NCBI GenBank assembly: GCA_964471275.1
Contig: CAYYGZ010000004.1
Span: 1 to 52,363 of the forward strand
Source: an uncultured bacterium
GTDB lineage: Bacteria > Latescibacterota > UBA2968
Reading direction: 5' to 3'
DNA: 52,363 nucleotides
The position numbers and the translations under genes are program-made. Below, in pieces: positions 29,342 through 38,654 of the stretch (position 1 is the stretch's first letter; each line of letters starts with the position of its first letter). The notes under the pieces are model-generated. The model had not been told where the DNA came from, did not search any database, and saw nothing but the letters and a program-made list of their open reading frames with translations.

Positions 29342-30682
29342 ATGCCCTTGTTTGAGAAGATTCTAGTCGCCGATCGAGGTGAGATCGCGCTTCGCGTAAT
29401 CCGCAGCTGTAAGGAGTTGGGTATCCCGACAGTGGCGATTCATTCCGTCGCCGATGACAACTCTCTCCATATCGGGCTTGCCGACGAGGATGTCTGCATC
29501 GGCCCTCCAGCGGGAGACCAGAGCTACCGCAACTATTCCCGTGTGTTGAGTGCAGCAGATATCACGAATGCCGACGCGATCCATCCGGGATACGGTCCAC
29601 TCGCCGAGAATGCCGAGTTCGCGGAACTCTGTAAGTCCTGCGGTATCACGTTTATCGGACCATCGGTCAGTTCGATCCGCACGATGGGTGACAAGGCTTC
29701 TGCACGTACAGCGATGGAGACGGCCGATGTACCCGTTTCGCCGGGAACGGGCATTCTTGAGGCACTCGAGGACGCACGCGCCGCAGCAGAGTCCATCGGG
29801 TATCCGGTTCGGCTGAAGGCTGCCGCCGGTGGCGGGGGGCGGGGCATGCGCACCGTCGAGTCTGAGGATGACCTCGAGTATGCCTGGCAGGTGGCTCAGT
29901 CGGAGGCAGCGGCAGCCTTTACTTCGGGTCATCTCTATCTAGAAAAAGAGATCGTCAACCCGCGTCACGTCGAAGTCCAGGTGTTGGGCGATCAGCAGGG
30001 GACAGTTCTTCACCTTGGCGAACGTGAGTGCTCGATTCAGCGCCGCCACCAGAAGTTGATCGAGGAGACGCCCTCTCCCGCGGTGAACCCTGACCTGCGC
30101 GCACGTATGACCGGGGCGGCGGTGGCAGGTTGCACTGCAGCAGGCTACTACGGCGCGGGAACGGTTGAATTTTTGCTCGACGAAAGCGGCGAGTTCTATT
30201 TTCTGGAGATGAACACGCGTATCCAGGTCGAGCATCCGGTTACCGAGATGGTGACAGGGCTGGATATCGTTAAGCAGCAAATCCGTGTCGCTGCGGGCGA
30301 GTCGCTCGGGATCACGCAGGATGAGATACAACAGAAGGGCCACGCGATCGAGTGTCGTGTGAACGCAGAAGATCCGGATCACGATTTTCGGCCCAGCCCG
30401 GGGAAGATTACGGCGTTTCACGTCCCTGGAGGTCCCGGCGTTCGCGTCGATACGCACGCCTATACAGGTTATGTCATCCCTTCGCAGTATGATTCCCTTC
30501 TGGCGAAGCTCATCGCGTATGGTGAGACACGGGATGACGCGGTTGCGTGCATGCTCAGGGCCCTCGAAGAGTTCGTAATCGAGGGGGTACCGACGACCAT
30601 ACCGTTCCATCGGAAGGCCATCGTGCATTCGGATTTCCGTGCGGGTACGATCTCCACCGAATTCGTGCAGAATCTGGAATAG
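29342..30682 (+). CDS. accC: biotin carboxylase
   Basis: RGEIALR, GGGGRGM, ERECSIQRRHQK, EMNTRIQVEHPVTE, YDSLLAK. Confidence 0.97.
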   Translation: MPLFEKILVADRGEIALRVIRSCKELGIPTVAIHSVADDNSLHIGLADEDVCIGPPAGDQSYRNYSRVLSAADITNADAIHPGYGPLAENAEFAELCKSCGITFIGPSVSSIRTMGDKASARTAMETADVPVSPGTGILEALEDARAAAESIGYPVRLKAAAGGGGRGMRTVESEDDLEYAWQVAQSEAAAAFTSGHLYLEKEIVNPRHVEVQVLGDQQGTVLHLGERECSIQRRHQKLIEETPSPAVNPDLRARMTGAAVAGCTAAGYYGAGTVEFLLDESGEFYFLEMNTRIQVEHPVTEMVTGLDIVKQQIRVAAGESLGITQDEIQQKGHAIECRVNAEDPDHDFRPSPGKITAFHVPGGPGVRVDTHAYTGYVIPSQYDSLLAKLIAYGETRDDAVACMLRALEEFVIEGVPTTIPFHRKAIVHSDFRAGTISTEFVQNLE

Positions 30683-30702
30683 CCAGGGTGAGAGGAATAG
30701 CC

Positions 30703-31083
30703 ATGTCGGACATTGCAGAAGGCCTCTTTTATCATGAAGCACACGATTGGCTGAGCGTTGACGGGGACACGGGGACGACCGGTCTCACCGACTACGCGCA
30801 GGCCGAACTGGGAGACGTCGTGTTCCTTGAACTCCCGGAAGTCGGAACCGAGGTCACGCTGGGTGAGTCTTACGGTACGGTCGAGGCGGTCAAGACCGTT
30901 GCTGACCTGATCTCGCCCGTCACAGGCAAAGTTGTGGAGATCAACGAGCAGCTTCAGGAAGATGCCTCACTCGTGAACACCGATCCCTACGGTGAGGGAT
31001 GGACGATTCGTATCCGGCTGGCCGATGCCTGCGAGGTCGATGAGTTGATGTCCGCCGATACCTATCGGGAGTCTCTGGAATAG
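30703..31083 (+). CDS. gcvH: glycine cleavage system H protein
   Basis: GLTDYAQAELGDVVF, EAVKT lipoyl lysine, DPYGEGW; start ATG 30703 after GAGG. Confidence 0.95.
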   Translation: MSDIAEGLFYHEAHDWLSVDGDTGTTGLTDYAQAELGDVVFLELPEVGTEVTLGESYGTVEAVKTVADLISPVTGKVVEINEQLQEDASLVNTDPYGEGWTIRIRLADACEVDELMSADTYRESLE

Positions 31084-31157
31084 CAAATAACGAGTGATGC
31101 TGAAGCGGCCCCGCGTGAAAATAATGTCCCGGGAAGCGATCGGAGCACAAGACCGAC

Positions 31158-31691
31158 GTGGAGAATGGAACGACCAACGGCGTATCGGTGCTGAGCAAGT
31201 CCGTTCTGGTTCTGAACCAGAGCTACGAGCCGATCCATGTCTGTTCGGCACGCCGGGCGATTGTTCTGGTCTTCCGGGGGCGCGCCGAGGTCGTAGAGAC
31301 GCTCGACATCCATATCCGGTCGGTGAGCGCGAAGTTCCCTGTCCCGAGCGTCGTGCGGCTGGACTTCTATGTGCGCGTGCCGCCCAAGCCGCTCACGCTG
31401 TCGAAGCGGAACGTGTTGAAGCGCGACAGCTTCCAATGCCAGTATTGTGGGACAAAGACCGGGCCGATGACCGTGGATCACGTGCTGCCCAGAACTCACG
31501 GGGGGCGCGATTCCTGGGAGAACATGGTCTGCGCCTGTCTCAAGTGTAATAACCGAAAGGGCGACAGAACGCCCGAGCAAGCGGGAGTCATCCTGGCTCG
31601 TCGCCCCCGTTTGCCGAACCACGTCACATTCATCAAACGTTTTGTGGGTGTCCCGGATCAACGGTGGCGACCTTACCTGTTCATGGACTGA
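31158..31691 (+). CDS. HNH endonuclease (McrA/HNH_5-like)
   Basis: VLVLNQSYEP, RDSFQCQYCG, TVDHVLP, CLKCNNRKG. Confidence 0.92.
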   Translation: MENGTTNGVSVLSKSVLVLNQSYEPIHVCSARRAIVLVFRGRAEVVETLDIHIRSVSAKFPVPSVVRLDFYVRVPPKPLTLSKRNVLKRDSFQCQYCGTKTGPMTVDHVLPRTHGGRDSWENMVCACLKCNNRKGDRTPEQAGVILARRPRLPNHVTFIKRFVGVPDQRWRPYLFMD

Positions 31692-31692
31692 G

Positions 31693-32757
31693 ATGTCGGA
31701 TCCCAAACGTATATTGACAGGCGATCGGCCAACGGGCCGTCTGCACGTCGGGCACTATGTCGGGTCGATCCAGAATCGACTGCGTCTGCAGGACGAATAC
31801 AAATGCTACTTCATCATCGCCGACCTGCACACGCTGACGACCAAGCCCGAGAAAGAACACATCGAAGGGTTGCGTGAGAATATCCTGGAGATGGTCACGG
31901 ACTACTTGGCGGTCGGTATCGATCCGGCAAAGTCGACAATCTATCTGCAGTCGGCTGTTCACGCCGTGTTTGAGATGAACCTGTTCTTCGAAATGCTGGT
32001 GACGCTGCCACGTGTCGCTCGACTCCCGAGTATCAAGGACATGGCTCGGGCGGCCAAGATGGATGAAGAGGCGATTCCGTTCGGGCTGGTCGGATACCCG
32101 ATCCTGCAGGCCGCCGATATCCTGATGCCTCGCGCACATCTGGTGCCCGTCGGGAAGGACAACGAGTCTCACGTCGAGGTGACCCGTGAGATCGCCAGAC
32201 GATTCAATGCCTACTATGGAGAAACCTTTCCTGTTCCCGAGGTGCTGGTAGGCGATGTCCCAACACTCCCGGGCACCGACGGTCAGACCAAGATGGGGAA
32301 GAGTCTGAACAACGCGATCTATCTTTCTGATGACGCCAGGACGGTAGAGAAGAAGGTGCGAGGGATGTTTACCGACCCGAACCGGATTCGAGCGGATATC
32401 CCCGGTAAGGTCGAGGGCAACCCCGTGTTCGACTATCACGATGCGTTGAACCCCGATACAGAGGAGGTGGCGGATCTGAAGGCCCGGTATCAGAACGGCA
32501 CCGTGGGGGACGTCGAGGTGAAACAGAAACTGACCGTCTGTCTCAACACCTTTCTGGACCCGATCCGCGAGAGACGCGCGGAGATCCAGAAGCAGTCGGG
32601 CTACGTTGAGCACGTGATCTACGAGGGAACGCTGGAGATGCAGGGGATCGCCCAGGAAACGCTGTCAGCCATGCGCAAGGCAATGGGGTTCACCGGGATC
32701 TGGAACCGGGTCTCGCGCAAGGGCCGTGATTTTGCGAAGAAATCACAGTCGGAGTAG
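31693..32757 (+). CDS. trpS: tryptophan--tRNA ligase
   Basis: TGDRPTG.LHVGH, YPILQAADI, VPVGKD, KMGKS; start ATG 31693. Confidence 0.96.
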   Translation: MSDPKRILTGDRPTGRLHVGHYVGSIQNRLRLQDEYKCYFIIADLHTLTTKPEKEHIEGLRENILEMVTDYLAVGIDPAKSTIYLQSAVHAVFEMNLFFEMLVTLPRVARLPSIKDMARAAKMDEEAIPFGLVGYPILQAADILMPRAHLVPVGKDNESHVEVTREIARRFNAYYGETFPVPEVLVGDVPTLPGTDGQTKMGKSLNNAIYLSDDARTVEKKVRGMFTDPNRIRADIPGKVEGNPVFDYHDALNPDTEEVADLKARYQNGTVGDVEVKQKLTVCLNTFLDPIRERRAEIQKQSGYVEHVIYEGTLEMQGIAQETLSAMRKAMGFTGIWNRVSRKGRDFAKKSQSE

Positions 32758-32822
32758 AAGCACCCACCTCTCCCGAGAACCGAGCCACGGGCACCCCCGC
32801 CCGGTAACGGAGCCGTGTCGAT

Positions 32823-33662
32823 ATGGTCAGCAATCCGTTTCAGGTGGATAAGAAATCCGACGAGGATTATGAGGTCGAGCTGGAGATTTTCCAGGGGCCT
32901 CTAGACCTCCTGCTGTATCTGATCCGCAAGGAGGAAGTTGAAGTCTATGACATCCCGATTGCCTATATTACGCGGCAGTATCTGGCCTATGTCGATGTGA
33001 TCCAGACACTGGATCTTGAGCAGGCCGGCGACTTTGTGGTGATGGCCGCGACGTTGATGAAGATCAAGTCGCGGATGCTTCTCCCCGTGGAAGGGGACGA
33101 CGATGAGGAAATCGAGGATCCGCGCGAAGAGCTGGTGCGGCGTCTTCTGGAGTATCAGCAGTTCAAGGAGGTCGCGGGCTGGCTCGAGGATAAACGCGAG
33201 CAAAGTCGTGACGTGTTCTACCGGGGATCCGCCTTCGATTCCGAGAGCCTGCTCGATGAGACACCCGATGGATACGAGACTCTTCGACCCGTAGGTCTCT
33301 ACGATCTGCTCGCCGCGTTCAAGCTCGCCCTGGATGCTGCACCCCAGGTCGAGTATCACGAGGTTGGGCTCGAGGAAGTGTCGGCCGAGGAGCGCACTGC
33401 GTATATTCTGGACGTTCTTTCCCGTAGACGCCAGGTGCCGTTCTTCGATCTGGTGACCGATGTGCCTCGGATCGTGGTGGTCGTCACGTTTGTGGCGATT
33501 CTTGAGTTGATAAAGCAGGGCCGAGCTTACATCCGTCAATCAGATCCGGATTCCGGGTTCTGGATTTACCACAAAGAGGCACCGGCAGAAGCAGCCGAGG
33601 CGCTATCCGACGTGAACGAAGAGACCGAAGAGCAGGGAAATGTCGAAGACACCAGAGAGTAA
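32823..33662 (+). CDS. scpA: segregation and condensation protein A
   Basis: FQGPLDLLLYLI, MAATL..IKSRMLLP, LVRRLLEY, FVAILEL. Confidence 0.95.
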   Translation: MVSNPFQVDKKSDEDYEVELEIFQGPLDLLLYLIRKEEVEVYDIPIAYITRQYLAYVDVIQTLDLEQAGDFVVMAATLMKIKSRMLLPVEGDDDEEIEDPREELVRRLLEYQQFKEVAGWLEDKREQSRDVFYRGSAFDSESLLDETPDGYETLRPVGLYDLLAAFKLALDAAPQVEYHEVGLEEVSAEERTAYILDVLSRRRQVPFFDLVTDVPRIVVVVTFVAILELIKQGRAYIRQSDPDSGFWIYHKEAPAEAAEALSDVNEETEEQGNVEDTRE

Positions 33663-34512
33663 CGGGGTCCCGGAAGAGCTCGCGATCGATGAGGATGCAA
33701 AGGGCCGCAGCATCATCGAGGCGATCCTGACGGCGTCCGATACACCGGTGACAACCGGGAAGCTCGCTGAGCTTGTGGGTGGGGAGACGGGAGCGAAAGA
33801 AGTCCGCCAGTATGTTGACGATCTCAACGAGGTCTATGTGCAGACCGGTCGGGCGTTCCGGATCACCGAGGTGGCGGGCGGCTTTCAATTCTCGGTCCAT
33901 CACGAATTCGCCCCGTGGATTCGTCGGCTGCTACAGGAAAAGCCGGCCCGGCTGTCGCAGGCCGCTCTCGAAGTGCTTTCGATTGTTGCGTTCAAGCAGC
34001 CGATCACGAAGGCCGAAGTTGAGCATATCCGAGGGGTTGCGTCCGACGGAGTGATCAGGCATCTGATGGAGAAGGGCCTTGTCCGGATTGCCGGGAGAAG
34101 CGAAGGTGTCGGCCGCCCGCTCCTCTACGGTACGGCTCGCGATTTTCTGAAGTTCTTTGGTCTGAAGACCCTGGCTGATCTGCCCAAAGTTCGTGAAGTC
34201 GAGGATCTGCTGAAAGAGGACGGCGAAGAGGCAGGTGAGCCGGAGATCGAGGCGGGCAGCGCGCCTCGAGACGCCGAAGTCGATGCCGGCACGGGTGAGG
34301 ATAAGGAGACGGACGTGACTCAGGATGGTGTGGTATCGGCGGACGGTGAAGTGGAACAACGCCTCGCAACCAAGGAAGACAACGGCGATTCCATTGGTGG
34401 CGAAGTATCTGAAAACGGTTCGGCATCCGGGACCGATGAAGGAGAGGGAGTAGCTGGAGCGGCTGAACAAATTTCTGGCGAGAGCGGGAGTCGGATCGAG
34501 GAGAGCGTGTGA
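33640..34512 (+). CDS. scpB: segregation and condensation protein B with acidic tail
   Basis: IEAIL, LSQAALEVL.IVAFKQPIT, IRGV, GRPLLYGT..FL.FFGL. Confidence 0.95.
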   Translation: MSKTPESNGVPEELAIDEDAKGRSIIEAILTASDTPVTTGKLAELVGGETGAKEVRQYVDDLNEVYVQTGRAFRITEVAGGFQFSVHHEFAPWIRRLLQEKPARLSQAALEVLSIVAFKQPITKAEVEHIRGVASDGVIRHLMEKGLVRIAGRSEGVGRPLLYGTARDFLKFFGLKTLADLPKVREVEDLLKEDGEEAGEPEIEAGSAPRDAEVDAGTGEDKETDVTQDGVVSADGEVEQRLATKEDNGDSIGGEVSENGSASGTDEGEGVAGAAEQISGESGSRIEESV

Positions 34513-35185
34513 CCGGCTGATCGAAGCCGGTGAAGTGATGGTGAACGGGGAACGTGTCGATGCCCCGGGAACCCGTGTCGATCCGAAGAATGATCGTGTG
34601 GTGTGCGGCGGCCAAGTAGCTCGGCCGCCGGATGTATGTACCTATGTCCTGTTGAACAAGCCGCGCGGCTATCTCGTGTCGGCAGGTGACCCCCACCACG
34701 ACCGGACGATCTACGGCCTGCTCGAGACGGTGGAGGCCCGTGTATTCCCCGTCGGACGGCTGGACATGGATACCGGCGGCGCACTGCTGCTGACGGATGA
34801 TGGCGATCTCGCTCACCGCATGATGCACCCAAGCTTCGAAGTGGAGAAAGTCTACCGCGTCGGGCTGGCGAAGCTGCTGAGACCGGAAGCGATCGCTCAG
34901 CTGCGTTCCGGCGTGGCCGTTGATGGCAAGAAGACCGCGCAGGCGGTCGTGCGCGTCGTCGGGTCAGGTCGTGAAGGCACGGAACTGGAGGTCGCGATAC
35001 ACGAAGGCCGGAACAGGCAGGTCAGAAAGATGATGGAGGCGATCGGGCATTCGGCGCTCTGGCTGGAGCGATATGCTTTTGGCGGTCTGACCGTCGAAGG
35101 TCTTGCCCGCGGAGAATGGCGCACTCTAACGGACAACGAGCTCAGCGATCTGAGGTCCCAGGTAGGACTGGAGGGCATAACGTGA
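34454..35185 (+). CDS. rluB: rRNA pseudouridine synthase (RluB/RsuA family), probable CTG start
   Basis: S4 motif ERLNKFLARAGVGSRRACD lies upstream of the tracked start; VGRLD catalytic motif, EGRNRQVRKM. Confidence 0.9.
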   Translation: MERLNKFLARAGVGSRRACDRLIEAGEVMVNGERVDAPGTRVDPKNDRVVCGGQVARPPDVCTYVLLNKPRGYLVSAGDPHHDRTIYGLLETVEARVFPVGRLDMDTGGALLLTDDGDLAHRMMHPSFEVEKVYRVGLAKLLRPEAIAQLRSGVAVDGKKTAQAVVRVVGSGREGTELEVAIHEGRNRQVRKMMEAIGHSALWLERYAFGGLTVEGLARGEWRTLTDNELSDLRSQVGLEGIT

Positions 35186-35874
35186 GAGACACCGGGATCA
35201 TCGTCGCGATCGACGGTCCAGCCGGTGCCGGCAAGAGCACGACGGCAAAGGCGGTTGCTACGAAGTTGGGCTATCTCTACCTGGATACGGGGGCCATGTA
35301 CCGGGCCGTTGCTCTCTCGGTGCTCCGCGCGGATGTCGACCCGGATGATGCCGATGCGGTCGGTGAACACGCAGAAAGCCTGAATGTTGAGCAGACGACA
35401 TCCACGCACGGCACACGGACCGTGATCGGCGGAGAGGACGTGTCCGATCAGATTCGGACGCAGGAAGTGTCGAACACGGCTTCACGCGTCGCGGTGCATC
35501 CCCGCGTGAGGAGACTACTGGTCGCATTGCAGCAGTCGATAGGTAAAGCCGGCGGAATTGTGCTCGAGGGAAGGGACACGACCACGGCGATATTCCCGGA
35601 CGCCGAACTGAAGGTGTTTCTGGATGCGACCGTCGAGGAGCGTGCCCAGAGACGGTTCCGTGAGCTGACGGGATCCGGGAACCGTGTCGGCATCGAGGCG
35701 CTGCGGCAGGAAATACAGGAACGCGATGAGCGGGATCGGCGAACGCAATCGCAGCACGGGCCCTGGCCTACCCCGGAGGCGATTAGTGTCGATACTACCG
35801 GTCTGACGATCGAAGCGCAGGTGGATCGTATTGTTTTACTTGCCCGAGACCGAGGCGCTGAGGGGGAGATTTGA
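35182..35874 (+). CDS. cmk: cytidylate kinase
   Basis: IDGPAGAGKST, LDTGAMYR, EGRD; GTGA overlap with the rluB stop. Confidence 0.95.
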   Translation: MRDTGIIVAIDGPAGAGKSTTAKAVATKLGYLYLDTGAMYRAVALSVLRADVDPDDADAVGEHAESLNVEQTTSTHGTRTVIGGEDVSDQIRTQEVSNTASRVAVHPRVRRLLVALQQSIGKAGGIVLEGRDTTTAIFPDAELKVFLDATVEERAQRRFRELTGSGNRVGIEALRQEIQERDERDRRTQSQHGPWPTPEAISVDTTGLTIEAQVDRIVLLARDRGAEGEI

Positions 35875-36533
35875 GACGCGGCGGATACACACTCACGTTC
35901 TATCGAACGTGCTGGTGGCTGATCTTTTCTTTTGCTAAACTCTTGTTTCGACTGAGGATAGAAGGAGCTCGCCGAGTGCCCTTGCGGGGGGGCGCCATTC
36001 TGGCCAGCAACCACGTGAGCTATCTGGATCCCGTGCTCATCGGTGTTGCGGTCACACGTGAACTTTTTTATGTTACTAAGCGCGAATCGTTTTCGGTTCC
36101 TGGATTAGGTTGGCTTCTAAAAAATGTGAACGCCATCCCGATCGATCGGTCACGGGGTGACCGGGGTGCCCTGAAGGCTTACGAAGGCATCATCGTGGAC
36201 GGCGGATCGATCTTTATCGCACCCGAAGGCACACGCAACAAGGGTCGGGCATTTCTAGACCCCAAGCCGGGTGTGGGTATGCTGGTTCACCGGACTGGCG
36301 CGCCCGTGGTTCCCGTCTATGTCGACGGGACGTTGAGTATCTTTCGCAGCCTTCTCGGGCTCGATACCGTCACGATTCGCTTTGGTGACCCGATCTACTA
36401 CGATCGGTCGCAGTTTGGGACACGCAGAAAGGATATCTACCGAGGCATCAGTCTGGATTTGATGAATCGGATCAAGGAATTGAAGCAGGACAGGTCTAAC
36501 GCTGGCGCGGCCTCTCCTGTTTCATCCGTATAA
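35871..36533 (+). CDS. plsC: 1-acyl-sn-glycerol-3-phosphate acyltransferase
   Basis: NHVSYLD (HxxxxD), PEGTR, PVVPV. Confidence 0.9.
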   Translation: MRRGGYTLTFYRTCWWLIFSFAKLLFRLRIEGARRVPLRGGAILASNHVSYLDPVLIGVAVTRELFYVTKRESFSVPGLGWLLKNVNAIPIDRSRGDRGALKAYEGIIVDGGSIFIAPEGTRNKGRAFLDPKPGVGMLVHRTGAPVVPVYVDGTLSIFRSLLGLDTVTIRFGDPIYYDRSQFGTRRKDIYRGISLDLMNRIKELKQDRSNAGAASPVSSV

Positions 36534-36641
36534 GCGCGCCGGCAACGAACCCGGTCAGTTGTATGTGACCGCACAACGACTCCCCCGAAGAAACGATCGA
36601 TTGACTCGTCGCGATCCGGGGACGAGGAGGTAATACACCAG

Positions 36642-38564
36642 ATGGCAGAAGAGACAGAGACAGTGAAAGACAGATCCGCCCTTCCCTCTCCCGAGGAGGC
36701 GCTGCGGGCTCTGGATGAGAGCGAGTATTCCGAGACGGAATTCGACGATTTCATGAGTCTGTATGAAGATACGATGACGAACATCCAGCAGGGAGAGATC
36801 GTCGAAGGGACGGTCCTGACCGTGGATGACAATTCGGTCGTGATTGACATCGGCTTCAAGTCCGAGGGTACGGTTCCTCTGGAGGAATTCGGCAGTCTGG
36901 ACGACATTGAGGTCGGACAGCAGGTCGAGGTGTTCCTGGAGACCGTCGAGGATCAGGAAGGCCAGATCGTCCTGTCGAAGACGAAGGCCGACTTTATGCG
37001 TGTCTGGGACCGCATCAAGGAAGCTCACGACAGCGATCAGATCGTCGAGGGCCGGCTTGTCCGTCGGATCAAGGGGGGTATCGTTGTCGATCTGTTCGGT
37101 GTCGACGCTTTCCTGCCGGGGTCACAGATCGACATCAAGCAGGTCAAGAATTTTGATCAGTTCATCGGTGAGGTCTTCCCTTTCCGGATCATCAAGCTCA
37201 ACAAGAATCGCCGCAACATCGTCGTTTCCCGACGGGTCGTGCTCGAAGAGGAGCGCGAGCGGCTCAGAAAGCAGATCCTGCAAACGCTGGAAGTCGGTCA
37301 GGTTCGCTCCGGTTCCGTCAAGAACATCACCGATTTCGGTGGCTTTATCGATCTGGGTGGTCTGGACGGACTTCTGCACATCACGGATATCTCGTGGGGC
37401 CGCGTCGGTCACCCTTCAGATGTTCTGAGCATCGGTGACGATGTCGAAGTCAAGGTCCTGAACTACGACCAGGAACGCGAGCGTATCTCCCTCGGTATGA
37501 AGCAGCTGCAGCCGCATCCCTGGGAGAATGTGGAAGATCGCTACCCTCACGACGAGCGTGTGCTGGGCAAGGTCGTCAGTATCACGGACTACGGCGCTTT
37601 TGTGGAGTTGGAGGAGGGTGTCGAAGGTCTTGTTCACATCTCGGAGATGTCGTGGACACAGCATATCCGTCATCCCTCCAAGGTCCTGTCGATCGGTGAA
37701 GAAGTAACGGTCGTGATCCTCAACGTCGACAAGGACGATCAGAAGATTTCCCTGGGTCTGAAGCAGGTGCAGCCCGACCCGTGGCTGTCCTTGGATGACA
37801 AGTATCCGTCGGGCACACGGCTGACCGGTACCGTTCGGAACCTGACGAACTTTGGCGCTTTTGTCGAGATCGAAGAGGGGATCGACGGGCTTGTGCACAT
37901 CTCTGATATGTCTTGGACCAAGCGCATTCGTCATCCGAACGAGATCGTCAAGAAGAGTCAGGAGATCGAGGTCGTCGTCCTCGGAATCGACAAGGATCGC
38001 CGGCGTATCTCGCTCGGTCACAAGCAGACGATGGAGAACCCTTGGGCAGAGCTGGCCGTTAAGTTCTCTGTAGGCACGCAAACGGAAGGGAAGGTCTCGC
38101 GTGTCCTCGAACGGGGCGTTGTGATCGATCTGGAAGGTGATGTTGAAGGCTTCATTCCCGCATCGCAGTTGGGTGTGCCGAACATGAAGCGTCCAGAGGA
38201 ACACTTCGGCGAGGGGGAGGATATTCCCGCCAAAGTTGTCGAGTTCGATGAGGATCAGAAGAAGATCGTCCTGAGCGTCCAGGAGTACCTCCGTGATGCC
38301 GAGCAGGACGAGATCGATGCCTATCTGGCCGCGCACGAGCAGAGGGAAGTGCCGGTCGTCGAGCCGGATGTCGAGGAAGGCACGACAGATCCGTATGACG
38401 AACTCGCCAAAGCCGCCGGTGAGCCCGCGCCCCCCGCTGCCGCCGATGATAAAGGCGAAGAGGACGATGACGACGTAGAAGATGCCGAAGCGGATGAAGC
38501 CGTCGAAGAAGAAGGCGAAGCTGTAGCGATTGAGGCCGAAGCGAGCGAAGAAACCGAGGTCTAA
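36642..38564 (+). CDS. rpsA: 30S ribosomal protein S1
   Basis: six S1 repeats (GFKSEG, AFLPGSQ, DGLLHITD, EGLVHISE, DGLVHISD); AGGAGG SD. Confidence 0.98.
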   Translation: MAEETETVKDRSALPSPEEALRALDESEYSETEFDDFMSLYEDTMTNIQQGEIVEGTVLTVDDNSVVIDIGFKSEGTVPLEEFGSLDDIEVGQQVEVFLETVEDQEGQIVLSKTKADFMRVWDRIKEAHDSDQIVEGRLVRRIKGGIVVDLFGVDAFLPGSQIDIKQVKNFDQFIGEVFPFRIIKLNKNRRNIVVSRRVVLEEERERLRKQILQTLEVGQVRSGSVKNITDFGGFIDLGGLDGLLHITDISWGRVGHPSDVLSIGDDVEVKVLNYDQERERISLGMKQLQPHPWENVEDRYPHDERVLGKVVSITDYGAFVELEEGVEGLVHISEMSWTQHIRHPSKVLSIGEEVTVVILNVDKDDQKISLGLKQVQPDPWLSLDDKYPSGTRLTGTVRNLTNFGAFVEIEEGIDGLVHISDMSWTKRIRHPNEIVKKSQEIEVVVLGIDKDRRRISLGHKQTMENPWAELAVKFSVGTQTEGKVSRVLERGVVIDLEGDVEGFIPASQLGVPNMKRPEEHFGEGEDIPAKVVEFDEDQKKIVLSVQEYLRDAEQDEIDAYLAAHEQREVPVVEPDVEEGTTDPYDELAKAAGEPAPPAAADDKGEEDDDDVEDAEADEAVEEEGEAVAIEAEASEETEV

Positions 38565-38591
38565 CCGGCTCCACAGCAGTTTCAGGTTTTG

Positions 38592-38640
38592 AAGAGCTGG
38601 GTGTCCGTCTGAGAGGACGTGAGCCCAGCTTTTCTATTTA
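38592..38640 (+). terminator. probable intrinsic terminator after rpsA
   Basis: AAGAGCTGGG...CCCAGCTTTT stem followed by T-rich tract. Confidence 0.6.
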
Positions 38641-38654
38641 CCCCAGTGACATCC

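Noticed and set aside
38340..38564. GAR/GAY-rich repetitive stretch, also in the scpB tail
   Set aside because: Low-complexity acidic protein tails, not CRISPR or DNA repeats.
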